NCBI RefSeq assembly: GCF_037042905.1 | Contig: NC_087249.1 | Span: 6,946,001 to 7,010,000 of the forward strand | From: Lytechinus pictus | Taxonomy: Eukaryota | Length of the DNA stretch: 64,000 nucleotides | Direction: 5' to 3' | In this document: positions 52,251-64,000 of the stretch, one piece after another | Numbering within the stretch: the first letter of the stretch is position 1 | How the letters are laid out: every line of letters starts with the position of its first letter | Notes under the pieces: model-generated | The model's input: the letters and a program-made list of their open reading frames with translations, nothing else | Told to the model about the DNA's origin: nothing | Database searches by the model: none | Program-made: the position numbers and the translations under genes

Positions 52251-52970
52251 TAAGATGACGACGGATTGTGATGATGGCGCTGATAAGATCGAGTGGCCTA
52301 TAAACCCAAGATTTGTGCAGAAATGATTATGTATACCCCTTTTCCCTTTTAACGGATCTATAATTATACGTTATTTATTCACTGGAGCGCAGATTAGGGG
52401 GTAGGGGCTATAGTTTTGGGCCATGGACCCCAACATTTTTACGACTAAGAAAAAAGGGGGAAAGAAAAATAAGAAAGGAAAAAGTGTGATATAAAATACT
52501 ATTCTGAAGTCAAAATCTATCAGAAAATTAGATTTGTGAATTTAAAAGGTAATTCCTTTACTAGTTCGCTTCGGTCGCTCTCAGCTTTTAGTAAGTATTT
52601 AGCCCCATGCACTCTAATCTGGCCCTATAAAAATGTGTGGCTTATTGCCCTGCTAGTCTTGTCGAGACATGGTAGATTAAACAGCAGCTATACCATGGTA
52701 CTGCTAACCAGAACCACCGATTTTCTCGCCTTCCCATAATCATTTTTGCAATTTTCTTTTCGAGGACGTTTTTTCGTCGTGTTCTCGTGGTGATCAAGTG
52801 AAAATACAAAAAACATTATTTGCACATGTACATGCGCGTGAATTAAATAATACCAATACTCATATATGTTTCGGAGTATATATTCGTTTAAGATGCCGAT
52901 AGAAAGGATTCCAGATTAATTAACATTAGGCCCTGTAATGAAAATGAAAAAGAACTATATATATACTCAC

Positions 52971-53043
52971 GGGCTTGAATGAATCGAGGCCACAAAGTGA
53001 AGCAAATGGTGCACCAAAATATACTTGTACACGTATTCTCCAT
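52971..53043 (-). CDS. SRCR membrane protein, exon 1 (signal peptide)
   Basis: aacaacATGg context; MENTCTSIFWCTICFTLWPRFIQA C|gtgagt; phase 1 fits the next exon. Confidence 0.72.
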
Positions 53044-53343
53044 GTTGTTTGGGAAAACTCAGCTTTATACCACGATTATAATATATTCTTTCCAGATGAG
53101 CGATTCGGGCTTTTGTTGTGCGAGCGAGCAACCCGACTGCTCCTGGTACGACCTTTTCATTGAATAGAGATGTTTGTGTACATCTCGAGCTTCAGTTGAT
53201 CTGATAGTGGATGAATCATGATCTAGTCTTCGTTACAAGTACAAGTGTATTTTCCCACTCGAGAATTGTGGATGGAAATTATAGGTAAGATTATGTGCTC
53301 AACACATGATTAATTTAGTCAAACTGATTTGGTCTATTTAGAA

Positions 53344-54984
53344 CAGCGCTTCTCAACCGGTGGGCCGCGAAGAACTCTCAGGTGGGCCGCGAGAAGCTCC
53401 AGAGAAGAAAAAAAATAGGGGGAAAATTATGGTATATTTAAAGGACAAGTCCACTCCAACCATTAGTTGATTTGAATAAATAGAGAAAAATCCAACAAGC
53501 AAAGTTATGACATTTTAAAGTTTTGCTTAATTTCACAAAACAGTTATAGGTACATCCTGGTCGGTATGCAAATGAGGAGACTGATGACGTTATCCACTCA
53601 CTATTTCTTTTGTATTTCATTATATGAAATATGAAATATTCTAATTTTCTCCTCATTGTCAAGTGAAACAAAGAGTAATTCCTCCCTGAACATGTGGAAT
53701 TAGCATTGTTTTAATACTATATGGTTCAGTCAAGTTGGTCCTTATTGTCAAATCTGTAAAAAATGAAATATTATATAATTCAAACAATAAAAAACAAAAG
53801 AAATAGTGAGTGATGGACATCATCGACTGTCTCATTTGCATGTCACTGAGATGTGCATATCACTTTTTTTGTGAAAAATAAGCGAAACTTTAAAATGCCA
53901 TATCTTTCTTATTTTACATCCGATTTTTAAGAAATTTTCAGTGTTATGCTAGTTTGATTTTTCTCTATTTATTGAAATCAACATTTTGTTCGGGTGGACT
54001 TGACCTTTAACATGTTCTATTAAATTTCCGAAAATGGTATGTTTGATCGCTCTCCGTGTGTCAAACAAAGGTAAAAGCACGTCTATAGGTAGCATGTTTT
54101 GATATATACACATTGTATGATGGTTTCGATCTAACTTTGATGTGAACCTCAGGCCTCATGTATGCATATTGTGTATGAAGTTAATTATCGCCCATTCACC
54201 AGACCTTTGCAAATGCATTTATTTCTCAAACTGATTGCTTCTAATGTGCTTAAGAGCTTTATGTTCAAATTTCACGAAACTTACTTTCATCAAAATGGAC
54301 CGTGTTTTAAAGCGAAAGGGTGAGGGAGAAAACACATCTACTGTTGAAAACAGATAAGTTACTGTAAGAAAATATGACCCTGAATACATCAAATTTGGAT
54401 TTATCATAACTGCGCGGTGATGCAAAACCACTAAGCAATGTGTTGAATGTGCTGAAGTTATTGTTTAATAAGCCGAAGAGTGCAGGAAAGCCAAAAGAGT
54501 GTTTCGAGAGGAAAAAGGCTGGATTTAATTCACAGCAGAACACTTGCGTACAGATGGGGGGGGGGGGGGCTCTTAGCCCCAAATATTTCATGACCAAGAA
54601 AAGAAAGAGAAAAGGAAAAAAAAAGAAAAAAAAAGGGATAAGGGTGAAATATGATATTATTTTTTGAATATTGTGTCAAAATCTATCACAAACTTGGATT
54701 TTTGTAATAAAAATGTCGAAATTTTTGCTTGCTCGCCATGCTCGCTCGCAACATTTTATCAATTGTACGCGATACGCCATATCAAGTCCCCTCAATTTTA
54801 TGGCTCATTACGCCACTGCAGCAGAAGATCATAAAGTTACGCACCAATGTGCTCTTTATAATTGTCGAGACAATCTTTGGGTCGAGACAAGTAATCATAT
54901 CCCTTTTTTTAAGTTTAGTAGGTGGGCCTCGAAAAAATCTGAGAGTCAAAGTGGTCCTCGAGTAAAAAGTGTTGTGAAGCAATG
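53344..54984 (+). mobile_element. Internally deleted hAT (Buster/Charlie-like) transposon
   Basis: TIRs cagcgcttctcaac / gttgtgaagcaatg; 8-bp TSD atttagaa / attttgaa; transposase relics RKYDPEYIKFGFI, CVECAEVL, KPKECFERK at about 54368-54517. Confidence 0.8.
53442..54006. mobile_element. Kolobok-like MITE nested in the hAT element
   Basis: TTAA|aggacaagtccac..gtggacttgacct|TTAA. Confidence 0.8.
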
Positions 54985-55556
54985 ATTTTGAATATGTCTA
55001 AGTATTTCCAACATTTAAAACTATAACTAATATACCTTTAATAGGGTCAATGAACTAGTCAATGCACCCAGTGTCTACAGCTTCGAGAATGATAATAAAA
55101 TAATTTTAGCACTGGCGGATCCAGGGGGGGGGGGCACAGGGGACACGTGCCCCCCCCCCTTTGAGAAGCAAAATTAAAATTTGTAATCTAAAAATGCCAT
55201 TAAAACAGAGGTGTGCCCCCTCTTTTGAAATTGAAGACCTTTTTTTTTTTTTGCTTGTCACTTTTTTTTAGGGTACGAAATATCCTTAATTTTTAATTTG
55301 TGGTTGATTTTTTGATTTTTTATTTGCGTGTCAAAATTTTCCTCCGAAAAATTTGCCCCGCCTTTGGAAAATCCCTGATACGCCCCTGAATTTTAGCATT
55401 TTTTCTTTTCCTGATTGCGACCGTCATAACATGAAATTCAGCAACTAAGCACTGGCGTAAATCCGTGTTGATGGGTGGGGGGGATGACTGAAATATTTTG
55501 GCATTTTTTTGCAATCATGTTTTTAGATATGCAAGGAATTGTCATTGATATGTCCA

Positions 55557-56520
55557 CAGTGGCGTACCGTGGGTCGCGGCATTGGGGGGCACCAGCAAAA
55601 TGTTTTAATCACTGAGTGAGTGCGCTAGTGAGCGCGAGAAGCGCGCTCAGTTGCCAGTTATACTGACCAAATAGAGACATTTTAAGGACAATGTCATTAA
55701 ACGGATATGTATCTCACTGATCAAATAATGCGAGCGCGAAGCGCGAGCTGAATTTTTTTCATATTCACACCTAAAAAGGGACATTATAATCAAATTTATG
55801 TAATTATGATAGGTACCTGTCTCGCTAAACAATTCGAACGCGAAGCGCGAGCTGAAAATTTAGATAATTCAGACCTGAAGTGGGGCATTTAAGGTTTCTT
55901 TGTAGGAATTAACTAGGACCATACGTATTTCATTAACCAAATGATGCGAGCGCGAAGCGCGAGCTGAACATTTTTGATATTCGGATCAGAAGAAGGGACA
56001 TTTTATGGACTGATTTGGGGAATTCATGAAGAGCAGACATATCTCACCAATCCACTAATGCGAACGTAATCACGGACAGGAAATATTTCATATATATGAA
56101 GACCTTAACATGGGGCAATCACTTTTTGAGACATGAAAAAGAAGCATATATGTCACTACATAAAACAATGATAACTCAAGTGCTAGGAAACATATTTGGT
56201 TTGTATTGACTTGAAAACGGGATGTTTTAGTACAACAGGATTATATATCTCGTTAAACAGACAGTGCGAGCACCAGGAACAATGCAGACGTAGGCCCTGG
56301 GCAAATCATAAAGTTATGATAAAAATGTTTCTTATGTAATGTAACATAACATAATTATAATATAATATAATATTATAATGATGAATAATATTTTCTTCTT
56401 TCACTATGTTTCTCTTCCTTTCTCCCTCTTTTCTCCTTTTCCCCCTTTCCCCGTTTTTTTTTCTGGTCAGCCGATGGGGGGGGGGGATGTGCCCCCATGT
56501 CCCCCGTAGTTACGCCACTG
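55557..56520. mobile_element. hAT-like MITE (cagtggcgta TIRs) with internal gcgagcgcgaagcgcgag tandem units
   Basis: Perfect 8-bp TSD tatgtcca; nested in a larger cactggcgtaaatcc..ggatttacgccagtg element (55450-56943). Confidence 0.8.
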
Positions 56521-57540
56521 TATGTCCATATGGCAAATACCCCTCCAATATTATTATCTTTTTTACCCCATGATTGTTTAATGGTTTTATTAGAGATTAC
56601 ATTCATATTTTTTTGACATTCCATCTTAATCCCTTCCAAAGACCCTAACATTGATGAATTGGAAGAAACGGGGGTTTCTCTTCAATGTTATAATAAGGAC
56701 ATAAGTATTTCGTTTGGAAATGGTGAAATGGCTTTTTATTTGCATTTTATGATTCAATAATATTGTTTTATTTGTTAAGCGGTATTTTAGGAAGAATTTT
56801 CACCAATAAAACAATTATCTCTTGTGATTTTTTTTTCATTTCTTTCGTAAAAAGTGGGGGGGATGTTTGTACAGGCCATCCCCCCCTCCTCGAAAAGTGG
56901 GGGGGATATATCCCCCCCATCCCCCCCGGGATTTACGCCAGTGTCAGCAAGCCTAAAATACACTTCATACACATACGCCATCCCATTCTTCCTGTTCTTT
57001 ATCTTCAATCCTCAGCTACTCTGCTTTGTTCTAAAATTCTCTCTTCTTTTATTTTCCTTTTCCTTTTTCTTAATTTTTCAACTCAGCTTTTCAGTCCAAT
57101 AGCATTTTAGCTCATTCCATTCTACCTTCATTTCCCGTCTCTTGATTGCCTCTTTACTTCTTGTACCTCCCATTTTGCCAACTCTTGATAATTATATTTC
57201 CCCTTTCTCACTTATTTATCAGTATTTCGAGATGATTTACTCTTTGTCACACTAAGTGTAATTGTTTCCTTACTTTTGCGGGACTTTCCCTCTTTCCTTT
57301 TGCCTCACCTTTCTGCTCATGTTCTTTCTTTACCTTTCCCTGTTTCCTTTCCCTTACTTTCATCTCTCCCCTCTTCCCTTTTTCATTTCCCTTATCTTTT
57401 TTTTCTCCCTTTTCCCATTTCTACTGGGCCCTGCCTGTTTAATACCCCCACTGCCTACATGGCCTATGGTCCCCTATGGTCCATTTTGGAGCCGCCACTG
57501 AGCCAAAAAGGCATTTCTGATACATCATCATAATAGTATA

Positions 57541-58150
57541 CAGCCATTTCTATTGTCGTGAAACCACTTGGAGACGAAAGAATAAACTTTTCCTTTCAGC
57601 TAGTACAGTAGAAAGTGCTGCCGAATTCTACCTCCAGCGGGGGGCTACCGAATTCACCCAAACCCCTTTTGCCGATTTTGCTTATTTATAGGAAAATTCG
57701 CAATTTTTTTTAGTCATCACTGAGGCAAAAGGCGTTTTTGCTATAAAATAAAGTCATTTCTATTTTCGCGAAACCACTTGCATGACTTGGGGTCACGAAA
57801 AAGTAGGATTTTCCCTTTCAGTTACATATGAAAAGTGTTGGTACATCGAATTCTACTTCCAATGGGGGAGGGGCGAACCCGAAGTCACCCAAAGGGCCCA
57901 ACCCCTTTTGCCGATTTTGCTTATTGTTTTGGAGCCAAGATTGAGGCAAAATGCGTTTTTGCTATAGGCCTAGAGTAAAGTCATTTTATTGTTGTAACCA
58001 CTTGGGGAGGAAATAATAGGCATTTCTCTATCACCTATCACATGTATAAGGGAGTGCTGGGATATCATAATCTACCTCCTTCAGGGGCTGTCAAAGTCAC
58101 CCCACCCCTTTTGCCTATTTATTGAAAAAATGCAATTTTGGAGCCCCAAA
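57541..58150. repeat. Three diverged tandem copies of an approximately 220-bp unit
   Basis: Recurring catttctatt..aaccacttg..ttctacctcc..tcaccca..ccccttttgcc at about 57541, 57751 and 57980. Confidence 0.7.
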
Positions 58151-58990
58151 TAAATAGGCAAAATAGACAAGGGTGATCTCGGCAGCCACCTAAGGAGGTA
58201 GGCTCCGTCATGCCAGCTCTTCTTTATATATAGGTGATAGACAAAATCGTCCTTTTTTGTCTTCAACTGGTTTCAAGGTTTTTTCCCAAATTCATATAGC
58301 AGAAACGCCATTTCGCCACATGATAGAATAGTACAAGGAAGTTGGGAATAGCTTCTCATTGTATATTCTGATGATAAGCAGTCAACTGTTTTATCTGAAA
58401 ATGGAAAGATTCAATATTTGAGGATGCCATAAATTCGTTATTCTTCATCCGATTAAAAAAAAAAACAATTTCGTTAAGAGCAAAATAACCAAAAAAAACA
58501 AAACAAAGATAAAATAAAATATTTCATGAGAAGATAAAGAAATTTTAATGAAATATTCAAGACACATATTGCATATAAACAGCACATATATACAGCACAG
58601 TTTCAAGATAACAAATTGCCAAATATAGCTGAGATCACACAAGAATACCCAGACTTCGTGCTTACAGTACCCACCCATTGTTTCTAGGTTAATGTCTCAA
58701 TTAAGCATTGTCAAGTTGAATTCTTGACATCCTCAACTGATTTTTTAAAAATTCAAACCAAAATGATCACTGCTAAATTATACAATCTAATATTGTATTA
58801 ATATCCACAAAATTCATCAGTGTAGAAACTAAACAGAAAATAACTTCCTTTTATATGTATTAGAATAATAATGAAGGTGATGGTGATGATAATGATAATG
58901 ATAACAATAACAATTATAATAATAATAAAAAATAATGATAACAGCAACAACAATAATACAAATAATGATTATAATGATAATAAAAATAAT

Positions 58991-59046
58991 TTTGCCTCCG
59001 ACGAAGATTCTGCTAGGATCGAAAGCTTAGGCCCCTTTTGACTTTC
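58991..59046 (+). mobile_element. 56-bp Penelope-derived insertion that is essentially just the hammerhead-like motif
   Basis: Same motif as 24688-24726 at 58994-59032; 13-bp TSD taataaaaataat (58978-58990, 59047-59059) in an AAT-rich tract. Confidence 0.75.
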
Positions 59047-62000
59047 TAATAAAAATAATGATAATAATTATAATAATAATATTAATATTATCAAAACTAT
59101 CATTATTACTATTAAACAATTTAACCAAAGTTTATGTATTGCCTGATGTGTATTAGTACATTTGTTTTTATAAATGCATAAGATAACTACAAATTAGCAT
59201 TTGTACTTTGATAACACTAATTTAGCTTTGATCGGTCTGGCATCTTTTTTTTTGGCGTAACTATAACACAGTAATGCATGTCATTTGTATGCAAAAAATA
59301 GCACAGTGAATTTTCAAGAAAACAATGAATGCATGAATATACATAATAGCTAGAAAATATTTTGAACAAACATGCATAATTAGATGTTGGCGTTGCTGGC
59401 CAACCATAGTTGCGATTGATCGGATCAATTGTAACTCTTTGTAAGACGGGGCCCAGGGGTGGATCCAGGATTTTCCAAAGGGGGGATATATTTTCGCGAG
59501 GAAAGGTTTGACAAGGAAAAAAAGGTCTTCACTTTCAAAGGTTTAAAGGTATTTTAAATTACAGATTTTAATTGTGCCTCTCAAAGGGGGGGGGGGGGAG
59601 GTGGCAAGGGCCGACTCTGCCCCCCCCCCTCCTGATTCCGCCAGTGTTCACGATGATATGCAGTCAACAGTTTCATCTGAAAAAAATCAATACTTGAGGC
59701 TAATATACCATAAATTTGTTATTCTTCATCCAATTTTAAAGGAATTTTATAGTGTATGCTCGTAAATTTGTGCAAACTTTTTTCTTAGGAATGGTACCAG
59801 TCTACTCTAAACACATGTGGCGAGCCGATAACAAGATAAAATGTGGTTTAAACAGGTGTTTCAATCATTCTTGTCAGGCATTTCAACGATACAGACATTT
59901 TCAATTGGCGACAATTTCTCGGAGCAACAAGATAAATAATATTCTAACTTGATCCGTCAAGTTCCTAATGATGCATTAGTACGTATTGTGGTCATAACGG
60001 GTATCAGCAAACAGAAATAATCATAATTCAATTAATATTCTCATATTTACGCAAGAACACGCATATATTATACAAAATATGTTCACAATTGCATTACCAA
60101 ACACATGTAAATCTTAGCATAAATCCTCATTTCTCTCTCTCTAAAAAAAATCCACTGCCCTGGACTATCCAGAATGCCCTATTTTAATAACTTTCTACTT
60201 CAGTATCAAATCCGTAGTGAAATGTGTATTCATTCAATTTTGTTTCTCATTTTGTAGGTAAGTGGTTTTTCGTGATGAATATTCCCTGTAAGCTGCCAAA
60301 ATTGCCGATATTGAACCCCTTGGGGACGAATTGGCAATGGGATCTTAAAAATTAATCAGCTCGGCACTTAATCTTTTCGATAGTGGACCCCAATTTCTCA
60401 TGATTAACAAGGATCTTTTATTCAGCTATTCTGTTGCCGTGATTTTTAGTCGATCCTTGATATTAACTAATTTACTTGTTGGTTGAAAATATCTTACAGC
60501 AAAATAGATGGCATAAAACAAAAAAGTTGCATTATCATTATAGTTCTAATATCAATTAATTTTAGATTTTTGGGTCAAATTTGCTATTCCAAAATCACTT
60601 CAAAATATCAAGCTTTATTACTGGTAATAATTATATACATTAATTTCAAGTAAAAACAATTTATTATTAGTTGAAATAGCATCACATGGCAAAATAGGGC
60701 ATTTGATGAGATGAAAATTTATAACATGAACAAGTCCGACAATGCCTTAATCGGAAATGTGAAATATCTATCAACCGTACTTATTGTAGTGATATACAAA
60801 TAGAAAACTTCACATTCTCAAAGATGAAAATATGTCAGAATTACAATTAAAAAATTGAGATAAATATATAGAGTTGTTTTTATATACATACATAGATGCG
60901 ATTCAAAGCAAAACGCAATATTGATTTAGTACAGTACACTCTTAGAAAAAAAGGTGCAAATTAGAACACTTCCGCCCCGTATTTGGAGCCCTCGAGAAAA
61001 GAGTTCCCAAGAAGGTTCTTTAGGTGCTCAAGAACCTTAAATGGTTTTATAAAGAATGTTCCAAAAGGCAGTTTGGCACCTTTTAGAGAACCTTTAAAGG
61101 TTCCAAATACGAACAGCGGCGTAACAGGGGTCGGTGGCCAGGGGGGGGGGGCAAGAGCCAAAAATTTCCCGGTCATATCATGGTATGAACAGGCGTAATG
61201 GTGTAATAAGGCGACGATTTTGAGAGGGCCAGATATTGCGTATCGGGCAGAATTTATCTTTTAGAAAAAAGTTGCGAGCGAGCAAAATTTTTGACATTTT
61301 TAATACAAAAATCCAATTTTGTGATAGATTTTGACATGATATCCAGAAAATAATACATTTCAATCTTCTTTCTTTCCATTCATTTTTTTTTTGTAGTCTG
61401 GACGTACGCCACTGTGAACAGGATTATTTGCGGCAGTAGCGTGATAGAGTAAAAAAAAAAGGGGCGCAGTATGGCGCATGTGCTAAAGAGCTGCTTAATA
61501 TAAGTCCCGAGCGAGCGAGGCGAGCGAGAAAAAAAAATCACCTTTTCATGAGAATCTAACTTTGAGATATTTCTTTACATTATATATTCAGTAAATAAAA
61601 TTATATCCTACACTTTTCCTTTGCTTTTCTTTCCTCCTTTTTTTTCTTGGCTGTGGAACTTTTTGGAACCATGGCCCAACGCTTCCATATTCATATACGG
61701 TAGTACTATGCGGTTGTGGTACGGGGCGGAGCCCCGGAACTTCTTGATATCACAGCCATTTAAACCTCGCAGATTGCCGCTATTTTTAATCAAATCGCGG
61801 GTATATACAGAATATAGTTTGGCACAACAAATTTATTCAACCCAGTTGGACCAAATATTGTGAGGGGGCAAAATATAGCAATGTTGGAAAATTGGTAAAA
61901 AGTTGCCAGCAAGCAAAACGAGCTGGAAAAAAAATTGCCTAATGAAATCAAATTCTGTGATAGATTTTTCCATTATATTCACCAAATAACACATTTCATT

Positions 62001-62439
62001 GTTTCCATTCATTTCATTTTACGTTGTCTCCTATAATTTCTTTTATTTCCTCTTTTGTGGAACCAAGACCCCGCGCCTGTACGCCAGTAAAGCTTAATGT
62101 AAGAAGGGTTCCTACAGGGGGGCGTTATAGAGCCATTTGAAAGTTATAGATGAAGAACCCCTACTGCGTGGGGTCTGGGGCAAAGCCCCGGTAGCTTATT
62201 TGCATAAAATTTAGCAAGCTTATAGCACAATTTTGTATGCAGTCCATCTTTCTTCCCGCTCTTTATTTTCAATCCTCGGCAGCCTGGTCGTGTTATTAAG
62301 TTTTTTTTTTCTTGTTCCTTTTCTTTGTTTTCCAATTTAGCTTTTGACTAATTCCATTCTACCTTCATTTCCCGCTTTTGTTTGCCATTTTGTCATCTTT
62401 TAATGTATTCATGGTATTGCCCCTGCTTATCTTCAAGAA

Positions 62440-62828
62440 CTTGTCTAAATTCATAAACCCAAGCGTAATCTCCGTTCTGGCTCACAAAATCTTCTCTCTG
62501 AAATTACTGTCAAGACCAAATCATATGGGGATCGGGCTTTCCAAAAAGCTGCACCAGCACACTGGAATTATCTACCACCGACATTAAGAAATATTGCACA
62601 GCTTGAGAAATTCAAAGTACAATTAAAAACCCACCTCTTTCAGAATGTTTAACTTAGTCACATGTAGGTCCAATCCATGTTTAATATTCTTTGATCCTAT
62701 GTATAATTATTTGATGTCTACTTTTTAAATTTACAATTCTCACCACATTTATCGCTTTCCTCGCACATAGAGACCTGTAGGTGTTATGCGTATTTAAGAA
62801 CTGTACTATTATTATTATTATTATTATT
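62440..62828 (+). mobile_element. L2-like LINE 3' end
   Basis: TKSYGDRAF..AAPA.WNYLP..FKVQLKTHLF remnants and an (att)n tail. Confidence 0.75.
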
Positions 62829-63449
62829 TTCTGGCAAATCGTTTCCGCATTGCGTGAACAATTCAGACAGTAATTATTTGGTCTCGAATTGAACCACACA
62901 GACCGATATATATTAATTTATTGAGCTACCTTACTCTATAAAGCATCGAGCTTTATGACTCACACTCTTAAAAAAGTCGGTCAAAAAATGCCCAACTTTT
63001 AACCAACCCTGCATGGGCAACATATTGTGCACACAACTATTGGTTAAAATCTGTCCAAATTGGGTAATTAAAACTAATAATTGGGTAATTTGCTCAATTG
63101 GATTTTTAATAATTGCCCAGAATATTACATGTATAGTTTTTTTTTACCAAAATACATTACCCAACACAGTGGACAGTATGTTTCCCAACATTTTACGTGT
63201 TGCACAGTTGTCAAAGAATACATATAACAATATAAAAAAGAAAAAAACACCCAAAATTAGGGTGAAAAACAAACAAGACGCAGGAACACTCCAGCATTAC
63301 TAACAAAATAATCAACCAATCAATCAATAAATCACTTGTGTCATTGGGACTTCTGTTCGGAATATGGCGCTATTAAAAAGCCTCCAAATCCGTTGGATTC
63401 CATGAATACTCTCTCTATTTCCCCAAAATAGATTATTAAAAAAATAATA

Positions 63450-64000
63450 AATAATGGATAATGGCAACATTACGGCACTCATTATGCTAGATATGAGTTC
63501 AGCATTTGACACAGTAGATCACACTATCCTAATTGAAAGGCTTAACTCATTAGGTATCACTCAAGTCCCTTGCTTGGTTCATATCCTATCTATCAGAACG
63601 ATCTCAATATGTTAGAATCGGTAGTTCTATCTCAGGTTTAACTACTCTGAAGTTTGGGGTACCCCAGGGCTCTGTAGGAGGTCCACTGCTCTATTCCCTC
63701 TTTATGCAACCAATCAGCAAGATATTTCGTAAACATGGCATAAAATACCATTGTTATGCCGATGACATACAACTCTATTTGTCTTTTCAACCTTCAATGT
63801 CATGAATGTCGTCACTGAACTCTGCTATCACAAAACTTGAAGAATGTCTACAAGACCTTAAGACATGGCTTGTATCTAATTGCCTGAAACTGAATGATGA
63901 TAAATCAGAATTCTTAATACTTGGATCGAAGTTTATGCTTAGTAAAATTGACTTTCAGTCATGTCATGTCCATCTTGGTAGCTCTTGTATCACTCCGTCT
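63450..64000 (+). mobile_element. CR1/L2-clade LINE reverse transcriptase fragment (disrupted; runs off the window)
   Basis: [57 protein letters not shown], with frameshifts. Confidence 0.92.

Overview
This is AT-rich, intron-containing animal genomic DNA. The SRCR/Ig receptors, tRNA-SINEs and dense MITE landscape look like an echinoderm such as a sea urchin (inference). Four protein-coding genes can be rebuilt with GT-AG introns and consistent phases: (1) an intronless 694-aa nephrin/KIRREL/CADM-like 3-Ig type I membrane protein (-, 16571-18655); (2) a 4-exon EEF1AKMT4-like methyltransferase (-, 32005-35116, 255 aa); (3) head-to-head with it, a 6-exon NEIL1 glycosylase (+, 35998-42657, 483 aa); (4) a 4-exon 2-SRCR type I membrane protein whose tail has five PPxY motifs (-, 48581-53043, 502 aa). 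The rest is mostly transposon-derived: MITEs with TTAA, TA, 7-bp or 8-bp target duplications, a deleted hAT/Buster element, a TU-like foldback element with inverted 16-bp arrays, SINEs and CR1/L2 LINE pieces. Most notable are two copies of a Penelope-type minimal hammerhead ribozyme motif, one a stand-alone 56-bp insertion with a 13-bp target duplication. No database searches were run; family calls come from visual motif recognition.
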